A stretch of 64,000 nt of DNA, taken from contig NC_092675.1 of NCBI RefSeq assembly GCF_964355755.1, forward strand, positions 12,891,812 through 12,955,811, read 5' to 3'. The position numbers and the translations under genes were made by a program. The notes under the pieces are model-generated. The model was given only the letters and a program-made list of their open reading frames with translations, was not told the origin of the DNA and made no database searches. Of this stretch, positions 1 through 15,000 are shown one piece after another (position 1 is the first letter of the stretch; each line of letters opens with the position of its first letter). The DNA is from Antedon mediterranea. Its lineage: Eukaryota > Animalia > Echinodermata.

Positions 1-3000
1 GCTTAATATCGTATTTAAAAATGTTTTAGACCATTTTGAGCATTTAGATAAAACTTTTTCACACAAAACACCAAAGTGCTTAGAATAGCTTCAAATCGCA
101 TTTGGAGACGTTTTAGACCATTTTGTGATTTTTGAAAAAACTTGTTAACATAAAAACACCAAAGTGTTAGAATAGCTTCAAATCACATTTGGAGACGTTT
201 CAGACCATTTTGTGATTTTCGAAAAAACTTGTTAACAAAAAAACACGAAAGTGCTTAGAATAGCTTCAAATCGAATTTGGAAACGTTTTAGACCATTTTG
301 TGATTTTCGAAAAAACTTGTTAACATAAAAACACGAAAGTGCTTAGAATAGCTTCAAATCGCATTTGGAAACGTTTTAGACCATTTTGTGATTTTCGATA
401 AAAATTGTTAACATAAAAACACCAAAGTGTTTAGAATAGCTTCAAATCGCATTTGGAGACGTTTTAGACCAATTTGTGATTTTCGAAAAAACTTATCAAC
501 ATAAAAACACCAAAGGGTTTAGAATAGCTTCAAATCGCATTTGGAGACGTTTTAGACCATTTTGTGATTTTGAAAAAACTTGTTAACATAAAAACACCAA
601 AGTGCTTAGAATAGCTTCAAATCGCATTTGGAGACGTTTTAGACCATTTTGTGATTTTCGAAAAAACTTGTTAACATAAAAACACCAAAGTGCTTAGAAT
701 AGCTTCAAATCGTATTTGGAGACGTTTTAGACCATTTTGAGATTTTCGAAAAAACTTGGTTACACAAAAACATCAAAGTGCTTAAAATCACATTATAAAC
801 CGTTTTAGACCATTTTGAGCATTTCGATAACACTTTTCACACAAAAACATCAAAGAGCACAAAATAGCTTAATATCGTATTTAAAAACGTTTTAGACCAT
901 TTTGAGCATTTCGACAAAACTTTTTCACACAAAACACCAAAGTGCTTAGAATAGCTTCAAATCGCATTTGGAGACGTTTTAGACCAATTTGTGCTTTTCG
1001 ATGAAACTTGATTTGCTTAGAATAGCTTCAAATCACATTTGGAGACGTTTTAGACCATTTTGTGATTTTCGAAAAAACTTGTTAACATAAAAACACGAAA
1101 GTGCTTAGAATCACATTATAAACCGTTTTAGACCATTTTGAGCATTTCGATAACAATTTTCACACAAAAACATCAAAGAGCACAAAATAGCTTAATATCG
1201 TATTTAAAAATGTTTTAGACCATTTTGAGCATTTAGAAAAAACTTTTTCACACAAAACACCAAAGTGCTTAGAATAGCTTCAAATCGTATTTGGAGACGT
1301 TTTAGACCATTTTGAGATTTTCGAAAAAACTTGGTTACACAAAAATATCAAAGTGCTTAAAATCACATTATAAACCGTTTTAGACCATTTTGAGCATTTC
1401 GATAACACTTTTCACACAAAAACATCAAAGAGCACAAAATAGCTTAATATCGTATTTAAAAACGTTTTAGACCATTTTGAGCATTTCGACAAAACTTTTT
1501 CACACAAAACACCAAAGTGCTTAGAATAGCTTCAAATCGCATTTGGAGACGTTTTAGACCAATTTGTGCATTTCGATGAAACTTGGTTACACAAAAACAT
1601 CAAAGTGCTTAAAATCACATTATAAATCGTTTTAGACCATTTTGAGCATTTCGATAACACTTTTCACACAAAAACATCAAAGAGCACAAAATAGCTTAAT
1701 ATCTTATTTAAAAACGTTTTAGACCATTTTGAGCATTTAGACAAAACTTTTTCACACAAAACACCAAAGTGCTTAGAATAGCTTCAAATCGCATTTGGAG
1801 ACGTTTTAGACCATTTTGTGATTTTCAAAAAAACTTGTTAACATAAAAACACCAAAGTGCTTAGAATAGCTTCAAATCGTATTTGGAGACGTTTTAGACC
1901 ATTTTGTGATTTTCGAAAAAACTTGTAAACATAAAAACACCAAAGTGCTTAGAATAGCTTCAAATCGCATTTGGAGACATTTTAGACCAATTTGTGATTT
2001 TCGAAAAAAACTTGTCAACATAAAAACACCAAAGTGTTTAGAATAGCTTCAAATCGCATTTGGAGACGTTTTAGACCAATTTGTGATTTTCGAAAAAACT
2101 TATCAACATAAAAACACCAAAGGGTTTAGAATAGCTTCAAATCGCATTTGGAGACGTTTTAGACCATTTTGTGATTTTTGAAAAAAACTTGTTAACATAA
2201 AAACACGAAAGTGCTTAGAATAGCTTCAAATCGCATTTGGAAACGTTTTAGACCATTTTGTGATTTTCGAAAAAACTTGTTAACATAAAAACACGAAAGT
2301 GCTTAGAATAGCTTCAAATCGCATTTGGAAACGTTTTAGACCATTTTGTGATTTTCGAAAAAAATTGTTAACATAAAAACACCAAAGTGCTTAGAATAGC
2401 TTCAAATCGCATTTGGAGACATTTTAGACCAATTTGTGATTTTCGAAAAAAACTTGTCAACATAAAAACACCAAAGTGTTTAGAATAGCTTCAAATCGCA
2501 TTTGGAGACGTTTTAGACCAATTTGTGATTTTCGAAAAAACTTATCAACATAAAAACACCAAAGGGTTTAGAATAGCTTCAAATCGCATTTGGAGACGTT
2601 TTAGACCATTTTGTGATTTTTGAAAAAAACTTGTTAACATAAAAACACGAAAGTGCTTAGAATAGCTTCAAATCGCATTTGGAAACGTTTTAGACCATTT
2701 TGTGATTTTCGAAAAAACTTGTTAACATAAAAACACGAAAGTGCTTAGAATAGCTTCAAATCGCATTTGGAAACGTTTTAGACCATTTTGTGATTTTCGA
2801 AAAAAATTGTTAACATAAAAACACCAAAGTGCTTAGAATAGCTTCAAATCGCATTTGGAGACATTTTAGACCAATTTGTGATTTTCGAAAAAAACTTGTC
2901 AACATAAAAACACCAAAGTGTTTAGAATAGCTTCAAATCGCATTTGGAGACGTTTTAGACCAATTTGTGATTTTCGAAAAAACTTATCAACATAAAAACA

Positions 3001-6000
3001 CCAAAGGGTTTAGAATAGCTTCAAATCGCATTTGGAGACGTTTTAGACCATTTTGTGATTTTTGAAAAAAACTTGTTAACATAAAAACACGAAAGTGCTT
3101 AGAATAGCTTCAAATCGCATTTGGAAACGTTTTAGACCATTTTGTGATTTTCGAAAAAACTTGTTAACATAAAAACACGAAAGTGCTTAGAATAGCTTCA
3201 AATCGCATTTGGAAACGTTTTAGACCATTTTGTGATTTTCGAAAAAAATTGTTAACATAAAAACACCAAAGTGCTTAGAATAGCTTCAAATCGCATTTGG
3301 AAACGTTTTAGACCATTTTGTTATTTTCGAAAAAAATTGTTAACATAAAAACACCAAAGTGCTTAGAATCACATTATAAACCGTTTTAGACCATTTTGAG
3401 CATTTCGATAACAATTTTCACACAAAAACATCAAAGAGCACAAAATAGCTTAATATCGTATTTAAAAATGTTTTAGACCATTTTGAGCATTTAGATAAAA
3501 CTTTTTCACAAAAAACACCAAAGTGCTTAGAATAGCTTCAAATCGCATTTGGAGACGTTTTAGACCATTTTGTGATTTTTGAAAAAACTTGTTAACATAA
3601 AAACACCAAAGTGCTTAGAATAGCTTCAAATCACATTTGGAGACGTTTTAGACCATTTTGTGATTTTCGAAAAAACTTGTTAACATAAAAACACGAAACT
3701 GCTTAGAATAGCTTCAAATCGCATTTGGAAACGTTTTAGACCATTTTGTGATTTTCGAAAAAACTTGTTAACATAAAAACACGAAAGTGCTTAGAATAGC
3801 TTCAAATCGCATTTGGAAACGTTTTAGACCATTTTGTGATTTTCGAAAAAAATTGTTAACATAAAAACACCAAAGTGTTTAGAATAGCTTCAAATCGCAT
3901 TTGGAGACGTTTTAGACCAATTTGTGATTTTCGAAAAAACTTATCAACATAAAAACACCAAAGGGTTTAGAATAGCTTCAAATCGCATTTGGAGACGTTT
4001 TAGACCATTTTGTGATTTTCGAAAAAACTTGTTAACATAAAAACACGAAAGTGCTTAGAATAGCTTCAAATCGCATTTGGAAACGTTTTAGACCATTTTG
4101 TGATTTTCGAAAAAACTTGTTAACATAAAAACATGAAAGTGCTTAGAATAGCTTCAAATCGTATTTGGAGACGTTTTAGACCATTTTTTGATTTTCGAAA
4201 AAACTTGTTAACATAAAAACACCAAAGTGCTTAGAATAGCTTCAAATCGCATTTGGAGACGTTTTAGACCATTTTGTGCATTTCGATGAAACTTGGTTAC
4301 ACAAAAACATCAAAGTGCTTAAAATCACATTATAAACCATTTTAGACCATTTTGAGCATTTCGATAACACTTTTCACACAAAAACATCAAAGAGCACAAA
4401 ATAGCTTAATATCGTATTTAAAAACGTTTTAGACCATTTTGAGCATTTCGACAAAACTTTTTCACACAAAACACCAAAGTGCTTAGAATAGCTTCAAATC
4501 GCATTTGGAAACGTTTTAGACCATTTTGTGATTTTCGAAAAAAATTGTTAACATAAAAACACCAAAGTGCTTAGAATCACATTATAAACCGTTTTAGACC
4601 ATTTTGAGCATTTCGATAACAATTTTCACACAAAAACATCAAAGAGCACAAAATAGCTTAATATCGTATTTAAAAATGTTTTAGACCATTTTGAGCATTT
4701 GGATAAAACTTTTTCACACAAAACACCAAAGTGCTTAGAATAGCTTCAAATCGCATTTGGAGACGTTTTAGACCATTTTGTGATTTTTGAAAAAAATTGT
4801 TAACATAAAAACACCAAAGTGCTTAGAATAGCTTCAAATCACATTTGGAGACGTTTTAGACCATTTTGTGATATTCGAAAAAACTTGTTAACATAAAAAC
4901 ACGAAAGTGCTTAGAATAGCTTCAAATCGCATTTGGAAACGTTTTAGACAATTTTGTGATTTTCGAAAAAACTTGTTAACATAAAAACACCAAAGTGCTT
5001 AGAATAGCTTCAAATCGCATTTGGAAACGTTTTAGACCATTTTGTTATTTTCAAAAAAAATTGTTAACATAAAAACACCAAAGTGCTTAGAATCACATTA
5101 TAAACCGTTTTAGACCATTTTGAGCATTTCGATAACAATTTTCACACAAAAACATCAAAGAGCACAACATAGCTTAATATCGTATTTAAAAATGTTTTAG
5201 ACCATTTTGAGCATTTAGATAAAACTTTTTCACACAAAACACCAAAGTGCTTAGAATAGCTTCAAATCGCATTTGGAGACGTTTTAGACCATTTTGTGAT
5301 TTTTGAAAAAACTTGTTAACATAAAAACACCAAAGTGCTTAGAATAGCTTCAAATCACATTTGGAGACGTTTTAGACCATTTTGTGATTTTCGAAAAAAC
5401 TTGTTAACATAAAAACACGAAAGTGCTTAGAATAGCTTCAAATCGCATTTGGAAACGTTTTAGACCATTTTGTGATTTTCGAAAAAACTTGTTAACATAA
5501 AAACACGAAAGTGCTTAGAATAGCTTCAAATCGCATTTGGAAACGTTTTAGACCATTTTGTGATTTTCGAAAAAAATTGTTAACATAAAAACACCAAAGT
5601 GTTTAGAATAGCTTCAAATCGCATTTGGAGACGTTTTAGACCAATTTGTGATTTTCGAAAAAACTTATCAACATAAAAACACCAAAGGGTTTAGAATAGC
5701 TTCAAATCGCATTTGGAGACGTTTTAGACCATTTTGTGATTTTCGAAAAAACTTGTTAACATAAAAACACGAAAGTGCTTAGAATAGCTTCAAATCGCAT
5801 TTGGAAACGTTTTAGACAATTTTGTGATTTTCGAAAAAACTTGTTAACATAAAAACATGAAAGTGCTTAGAATAGCTTCAAATCGTATTTGGAGACGTTT
5901 TAGACCATTTTGTGATTTTCGAAAAAACTTGTTAACATAAAAACACCAAAGTGCTTAGAAAAGCTTCAAATCGCATTTGGAGACGTTTTAGACCATTTTG

Positions 6001-9000
6001 TGCATTTCGATGAAACTTGGTTACACAAAAACATCAAAGTGCTTAAAATCACATTATAAACCATTTTAGACCATTTTGAGCATTTCGATAACACTTTTCA
6101 CACAAAAACATCAAAGAGCACAAAATAGCTTAATATCGTATTTAAAAACGTTTTAGACCATTTTGAGCATTTCGACAAAACTTTTTCACACAAAACACCA
6201 AAGTGCTTAGAATAGCTTCAAATCGCATTTGGAGACGTTTTAGACCATTTTGTGATTTTCGAAAAAACTTGTTAACATAAAAACATCAAAGTGTACAGAA
6301 TAACTTCAAATCGCATTTGGAGACCGTTTTAGGCCAATTTGTGATTTTCGAAAAAACTTGTTAACCTAAAAATACCAAAGTGTTTAGAATAGCTTCAAAT
6401 CGCATTTGGAGACGTTTTAGACCATTTTGTGATTTTCGAAAAAACTTGTTAACATAAAAACACCAAAGTGCTTCAAATCGCATTTGGAGACATTTTAGAC
6501 CAATTTGTGATTTTTGAAAAAACTTGTTAACATAAAAACACCAAAGTGCTTACAATAGCTTCAAATCGTATTTGGAGACGTTTTAGACCATTTTGTGATT
6601 TTCGAAAAAACTTGTTAACATAAAAACACCAAAGTACTTAGAATAGCTTCAAATCGCATTTGGAGACGTTTTAGACCATTTTATGCATTTCGATGAAACT
6701 TGGATACACAAAAACATCAAAGTGCTTAAAATCACATTATAATCCGTTTTAGACTATTTTGAGCATTTCGATAACACTTTTCACACAAAAACATCAAAGA
6801 GCACAAAATAGCTTAATATCGTATTTAAAAACGTTTTAGACCATTTTGAGCATTTCGACAAAACTTTTTCACACAAAACACCAAAGTGCTTAGAATAGCT
6901 TCAAATCGCATTTGGAGACGTTTTAGACCATTTTGTGATTTTCGAAAAAAATTGTTAACATAAAAACATCAAAGTGAACAGAATAGCTTCAAATCGCATT
7001 TGGAGACATTTTAGACCAATTTGTGATTTTCGAAAAAACTTGTCAACATAAAAACACCAAAGTGTTTAGAATAGCTTCAAATCGCATTTGGAGACGTGTT
7101 AGACCAATTTGTGATTTTCGAAAAAACTTATCAACATAAAAACACCAAAGGGTTTAGAATATCTTCAAATCGCATTTGGAGACGTTTTAGACCATTTTGT
7201 GATTTTCGAAAAAACTTGTTAACATAAAAACACCAAAGTGCTTAGAAAAGCTTCAAATCGCATTTGGAGACGTTTTAGACCATTTTGTGATTTTCAAAAA
7301 AAATTGTTAACATAAAAACACCAAAGTGCATAGAATCACATTATAAACCGTTTTAGACCATTTAGAGCATTTCGATAACAATTTTCACACAAAAACATCA
7401 ATGAGCACAAAATAGCTTAATATCGTATTTAAAAATGTTTTAGACCATTTTGAGCATTTAGACAAAACTTTTTCACACAAAACACCAAAGTGCTTAGAAT
7501 AGCTTCAAATCGCATTTGGAGACGTTTTAGACAATTTTGTGATTTTCGAAAAAACTTGGTTACACAAAAACATCAAAGTGCTTAAAATCACATTATAAAC
7601 CGTTTTAGACCATTTTGAGCATTTCGATAACACTTTTCACACAAAAACATCATAGAGCACAAAATAGCTTAATATCGTATTTAAAAACGTTTTAGACCAT
7701 TTTGAGCATTTCGACAAAACTTGTTAACATAAAAACACCAAAGTGCTTAGAATGGCTTCAATCGCATTTGGAGACGCTTTAGACCATTTTGTGATTTTCG
7801 AAAAAAATTGTTAACATAAAAACACCAAAGTGCTTAGAATCACATTATAAACCGTTTTAGACCATTTTGAGCATTTCGATAACAATTTTCACACAAAAAC
7901 ATCAAAGAGCACAAAATAGCTTAATATCGTATTTAAAAATGTTTTAGACCATTTTGAGCATTTAGAAAAAACTTTTTCACACAAAACACCAAAGTGCTTA
8001 GAATAGCTTCAAATCGTATTTGGAGACGTTTTAGACCATTTTGAGATTTTCGAAAAAACTTGGTTACACAAAAACATCAAAGTGCTTAAAATCACATTAT
8101 AAACCGTTTTAGACCATTTTGAGCATTTCGATAACACTTTTCACACAAAAACATCAAAGAGCACAAAATAGCTTAATATCGTATTTAAAAACGTTTTAGA
8201 CCATTTTGAGCATTTCGACAAAACTTTTTCACACAAAACACCAAAGTGCTTAGAATAGCTTCAAATCGCATTTGGAGACGTTTTAGACCAATTTGTGCAT
8301 TTCGATGAAACTTGGTTACACAAAAACATCAAAGTGCTTAAAATCACATTATAAATCGTTTTAGACCATTTTGAGCATTTCGATAACACTTTTCACACAA
8401 AAACATCAAAGAGCACAAAATAGCTTAATATCTTATTTAAAAACGTTTTAGACCATTTTGAGCATTTAGACAAAACTTTTTCACACAAAACACCAAAGTG
8501 CTTAGAATAGCTTCAAATCGCATTTGGAGACGTTTTAGACCATTTTGTGATTTTCAAAAAAACTTGTTAACATAAAAACACCAAAGTGCTTAGAATAGCT
8601 TCAAATCGCATTTGGAGACATTTTAGACCAATTTGTGATTTTCGAAAAAAACTTGTCAACATAAAAACACCAAAGTGTTTAGAATAGCTTCAAATCGCAT
8701 TTGGAGACGTTTTAGACCAATTTGTGATTTTCGAAAAAACTTATCAACATAAAAACACCAAAGGGTTTAGAATAGCTTCAAATCGCATTTTGAGACGTTT
8801 TAGACCATTTTTGTGATTTTCGAAAAAACTTGTTAACATAAAAACACGAAAGTGCTTAGAATAGCTTCAAATCGCATTTGGAAACGTTTTATTCCATTTT
8901 GTGATTTTCGAAAAAAATTGTTAACATAAAAACACCAAAGTGCTTAGAATCCCATTATAAACCGTTTTAGACCATTTTGAGCATTTCGATAACAATTTTC

Positions 9001-12000
9001 ACACAAAAACATCAAAGAGCACAAAATAGCTTAATATCGTATTTAAAAATGTTTTAGACCATTTTGAGCATTTAGATAAAACTTTTTCACACAAAACACC
9101 AAAGTGCTTAGAATAGCTTCAAATCGCATTTGGAGACGTTTTAGACCATTTTGTGATTTTTGAAAAAACTTGTTAACATAAAAACACCAAAGTGCTTAGA
9201 ATAGCTTCAAATCACATTTGGAGACGTTTTAGACCATTTTGTGATTTTCGAAAAAACTTGTTAACATAAAAACACGAAAGTGCTTAGAATAGCTTCAAAT
9301 CGCATTTGGAAACGTTTTAGACCATTTAGTGATTTTCGAAAAAAATTGTTAACATAAAAACACCAAAGTGTTTAGAATAGCTTCAAATCGCATTTGGAGA
9401 CGTTTTAGACCAATTTGTGATTTTCGAAAAAACTTATCAACATAAAAACACCAAAGGGTTTAGAATAGCTTCAAATCGCATTTGGAGACGTTTTAGACCA
9501 TTTTGTGATTTTCGAAAAAACTTGTTAACATAAAAACACGAAAGTGCTTAGAATAGCTTCAAATCGCATTTGGAAACGTTTTAGACCATTTTGTGATTTT
9601 CGAAAAAACTTGTTAACATAAAAACATGAAAGTGCTTAGAATAGCTTCAAATCGTATTTGGAGACGTTTTAGACCATTTTGTGATTTTCGAAAAAACTTG
9701 TTAACATAAAAACACCAATGTGCTTAGAATAGCTTCAAATCGCATTTGGAGACGTTTTAGACCATTTTGTGCATTTCGATGAAACTTGGTTACACAAAAA
9801 TATCAAAGTGCTTAAAATCACATTATAAACCATTTTAGACCATTTTGAGCATTTCGATAACACTTTTCACACAAAAACATCAAAGAGCACAAAATAGCTT
9901 AATATCGTATTTAAAAACGTTTTAGACCATTTTGAGCATTTCGACAAAACTTTTTCACACAAAACACCAAAGTGCTTAGAATAGGTTCAAATCGCATTTG
10001 GAGACGTTTTAGACCATTTTGTGATTTTCGAAAAAAATTGTTAACATAAAAACATCAAAGTGTACAGAATAGCTTCAAATCGCATTTGGAGACCGTTTTA
10101 GGCCAATTTGTGATTTTCGAAAAAACTTGTTAACCTAAAAATACCAAAGTGTTTAGAATAGCTTCAAATCGCATTTGGAGACGTTTTAGACCATTTTGTG
10201 ATTTTCGAAAAAACTTGTTAACATAAAAACACCAAAGTGCTTAGAATAGCTTCAAATCGCATTTGGAGACATTTTAGACCAATTTGTGATTTTCGAAAAA
10301 ACTTATCAACATAAAAACACCAAAGGGTTTAGAATATCTTCAAATCGCATTTGGAGACGTTTTAGACCATTTTGTGATTTTCGAAAAAACTTGCTAACAT
10401 AAAAACACCAAAGTGCTTAGAATAGCTTCAAATCGCATTTGGAGACGTTTTAGACCAATTTGTGATTTTCGAAAAAACTTATCAACATAAAAACACCAAA
10501 GGGTTTAGAATAGCTTCAAATCGCATTTGGAGACGTTTTAGACCATTTTGTGATTTTGAAAAAACTTGTTAACATAAAAACACCAAAGTGCTTAGAATAG
10601 CTTCAAATCGCATTTGGAGACGTTTTAGACCATTTTGTGATTTTCGAAAAAACTTGTTAACATAAAAACACCAAAGTGCTTAGAATAGCTTCAAATCGTA
10701 TTTGGAGACGTTTTAGACCATTTTGAGATTTTCGAAAAAACTTGGTTACACAAAAACATCAAAGTGCTTAAAATCACATTATAAACCGTTTTAGACCATT
10801 TTGAGCATTTCGATAACACTTTTCACACAAAAACATCAAAGAGCACAAAATAGCTTAATATCGTATTTAAAAACGTTTTAGACCATTTTGAGCATTTCGA
10901 CAAAACTTTTTTAAACAAAACACCAAAGTGCTTAGAATAGCTTCAAATCGCATTTGGAGACGTTTTAGACCAATTTGTGATTTTTGAAAAAACTTGTTAA
11001 CATAAAAACACCAAAGTGCTTAGAATAGCTTCAAATCACATTTGGAGACGTTTTAGACCATTTTGTGATTTTCGAAAAAACTTGTTAACAAAAAAACACG
11101 AAAGTGCTTAGAATAGCTTCAAATCGCCTTTGGAAACGTTTTAGACCATTTTGTGATTTTCGAAAAAACTTGTTAACATAAAAACACGAAAGTGCTTAGA
11201 ATCACATTATAAACCGTTTTAGACCATTTTGAGCATTTCGATAACAATTTTCACACAAAAACATCAAAGAGCACAAAATAGCTTAATATCGTATTTAAAA
11301 ATGTTTTAGACCATTTTGAGCATTTAGATAAAACTTTTTCACACAAAACACCAAAGTGCTTAGAATAGCTTCAAATCGCATTTGGAGACGTTTTAGACCA
11401 ATTTGTGATTTTTGAAAAAACTTGTTAACATAAAAACACCAAAGTGCTTAGAATAGCTTCAAATCACATTTGGAGACGTTTTAGACCATTTTGTGATTTT
11501 GAACAAACTTGTTAACATAAAAACACCAAAGTGCTTAGAATAGCTTCAAATCGCCTTTGGAAACGTTTTAGACCATTTTGTGATTTTCGAAAAAACTTGT
11601 TAACATAAAAACACGAAAGTGCTTAGAATCACATTATAAACCGTTTTAGACCATTTTGAGCATTTCGATAACAATTTTCACACAAAAACATCAAAGAGCA
11701 CAAAATAGCTTAATATCGTATTTAAAAATGTTTTAGACCATTTTGAGCATTTAGATAAAACTTTTTCACACAAAACACCAAAGTGCTTAGAATAGCTTCA
11801 AATCGCATTTGGAGACGTTTTAGACCAATTTGTGATTTTTGAAAAAACTTGTTAACATAAAAACACCAAAGTGCTTAGAATAGCTTCAAATCACATTTGG
11901 AGACGTTTTAGACCATTTTGTGATTTTGAACAAACTTGTTAACATAAAAACACCAAAGTGCTTAGAATAGCTTCAAATCGCATTTGGAGACGTTTTAGAC

Positions 12001-15000
12001 CATTTTGTGATTTTCGAAAAAACTTGTTAACATAAAAACACCAAAGTGCTTAGAATAGCTTCAAATCGTATTTGGAGACGTTTTAGACCATTTTGAGATT
12101 TTCGAAAAAACTTGGTTACACAAAAACATCAAAGTGCTTAAAATCACATTATAAACCGTTTTAGACCATTTTGAGCATTTCGATAACACTTTTCACACAA
12201 AAACATCAAAGAGCACAAAATAGCTTAATATCGTATTTAAAAACGTTTTAGACCATTTTGAGCATTTCGACAAAACTTTTTCACACAAAACACCAAAGTG
12301 CTTAGAATAGCTTCAAATCGCATTTGGAGACGTTTTAGACCAATTTGTGCATTTCGATGAAACTTGATTACACAAAAACATCAAAGTGCTTAAAATCACA
12401 TTATAAACCGTTTTAGACCATTTTGAGCATTTCGATAACACTTTTCACACAAAAACATCAAAGAGCACAAAATAGTTTAATATCGTATTTAAAAACGTTT
12501 AGACCATTTTGAGCATTTAGACAAAACTTTTTCACACAAAACACCAAAGTGCTTAGAATAGCTTCAAATAACATTTGGAGACGTTTTAGACCATTTTGTG
12601 CATTTCGATGAAACTTGGTTACACAAAAACATCAAAGTGCTTAAAATCACATTATAAATCGTTTTAGACCATTTTGAGCATTTCGACAAAACTTTTTCAC
12701 ACAAAATATCAAAGGGCTTAGAATAGCTTCAAATCGCATTTGGAGACGTTTTAGACCATTTTGTGATTTTCGAAAAAACTTTTTAACATAAAAACACCAA
12801 AGTGCTTAGAATAGCTTCAAATCACATTTGGAGACGTTTTAGACCATTTTGTGATTTTCGAAAAAACTTGTTAACATAAAAACACGAAAGTGCTTAGAAT
12901 AGCTTCAAATCGCATTTGGAAACGTTTTAGACCATTTTGTGATTTTCGAAAAAAATTGTTAACATAAAAACACCAAAGTGCTTAGAATCACATTATAAAC
13001 CGTTTTAGACCATTTTGAGCATTTCGATAACAATTTTCACACAAAAACATCAAAGAGCACAAAATAGCTTAATATCGTATTTAAAAATGTTTTAGACCAT
13101 TTTGAGCATTTAGATAAAACTTTTTCACACAAAACACCAAAGTGCTTAGAATAGCTTCAAATCGCATTTGGAGACGTTTTAGACCATTTTGTGATTTTCG
13201 AAAAAACTTTTTAACATAAAAACACCAAAGTGCTTAGAATAGCTTCAAATCACATTTGGAGTCGTTTTAGACCATTTTGTGATTTTCGAAAAAACTTGTT
13301 TACATAAAAACACGAAAGTGCTTAGAATAGCTTCAAATCGCATTTGGAAACGTTTTAGACCATTTTGTGATTTTCGAAAAAAATTGTTAACATAAAAACA
13401 CCAAAGTGCTTAGAATCACATTATAAACCGTTTTAGACCATTTTGAGCATTTCGATAACAATTTTCACACAAAAACATCAAAGAGCACAAAATAGCTTAA
13501 TATCGTATTTAAAAATGTTTTAGACCATTTTGAGCATTTAGATAAAACTTTTTCACACAAAACACCAAAGTGCTTAGAATAGCTTCAAATCGCATTTGGA
13601 GACGTTTTAGACCATTTTGTGATTTTTGAAAAAACTTGTTAACATAAAAACACCAAAGTGCTTAGAATAGCTTCAAATCACATTTGGAGACGTTTTAGAC
13701 CATTTTGTGATTTTCGAAAAAACTTGTTAACATAAAAACACGAAAGTGCTTAGAATAGCTTCAAATCGCATTTGGAAACGTTTTAGACCATTTTGTGATT
13801 TTCGAAAAAACTTGTTAACATAAAAACACGAAAGTGCTTAGAATAGCTTCAAATCGCATTTGGAGACGTTTTAGACCAATTTGTGATTTTCGAAAAAACT
13901 TATCAACATAAAAACACCAAAGGGTTTAGAATAGCTTCAAATCGCATTTGGAGACGTTTTAGACCATTTTGTGATTTTGAAAAAACTTGTTAACATAAAA
14001 ACACCAAAGTGCTTAGAATAGCTTCAAATCGCATTTGGAGACGTTTTAGACCATTTTGTGATTTTCGAAAAAACTTGTTAACATAAAAACACCAAAGTGC
14101 TTAGAATAGCTTCAAATCGTATTTGGAGACGTTTTAGACCATTTTGAGATTTTCGAAAAAACTTGGTTACACAAAAACATCAAAGTGCTTAAAATCACAT
14201 TATAAACCGTTTTAGACCATTTTGAGCATTTCGATAACACTTTTCACACAAAAACATCTAAGAGCACAAAATAGCTTAATATCGTATTTAAAAACGTTTT
14301 AGACCATTTTGAGCATTTCGACAAAACTTTTTCAAACAAAACACCAAAGTGCTTAGAATAGCTTCAAATCGCATTTGGAGACGTTTTAGACCAATTTGTG
14401 ATTTTTGAAAAAACTTGTTAACATAAAAACACCAAAGTGCTTAGAATAGCTTCAAATCACATTTGGAGACGTTTTAGACCATTTTGTGATTTTCGAAAAA
14501 ACTTGTTAACAAAAAAACACGAAAGTGCTTAGAATAGCTTCAAATCGCCTTTGGAAACGTTTTAGACCATTTTGTGATTTTCGAAAAAACTTGTTAACAT
14601 AAAAACACGAAAGTGCTTAGAATCACATTATAAACCGTTTTAGACCATTTTGAGCATTTCGATAACAATTTTCACACAAAAACATCAAAGAGCACAAAAT
14701 AGCTTAATATCGTATTTAAAAATGTTTTAGACCATTTTGAGCATTTAGATAAAACTTTTTCACACAAAACACCAAAGTGCTTAGAATAGCTTCAAATCGC
14801 ATTTGGAGACGTTTTAGACCAATTTGTGATTTTTGAAAAAACTTGTTAACATAAAAACACCAAAGTGCTTAGAATAGCTTCAAATCACATTTGGAGACGT
14901 TTTAGACCATTTTGTGATTTTGAACAAACTTGTTAACATAAAAACACCAAAGTGCTTAGAATAGCTTCAAATCGCATTTGGAGACGTTTTAGACCATTTT

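Noticed and set aside
655-672. CENP-B box
   Set aside because: TTCGAAAAA matches only the left half of TTCGnnnnAnnCGGG; the CGGG part is absent.
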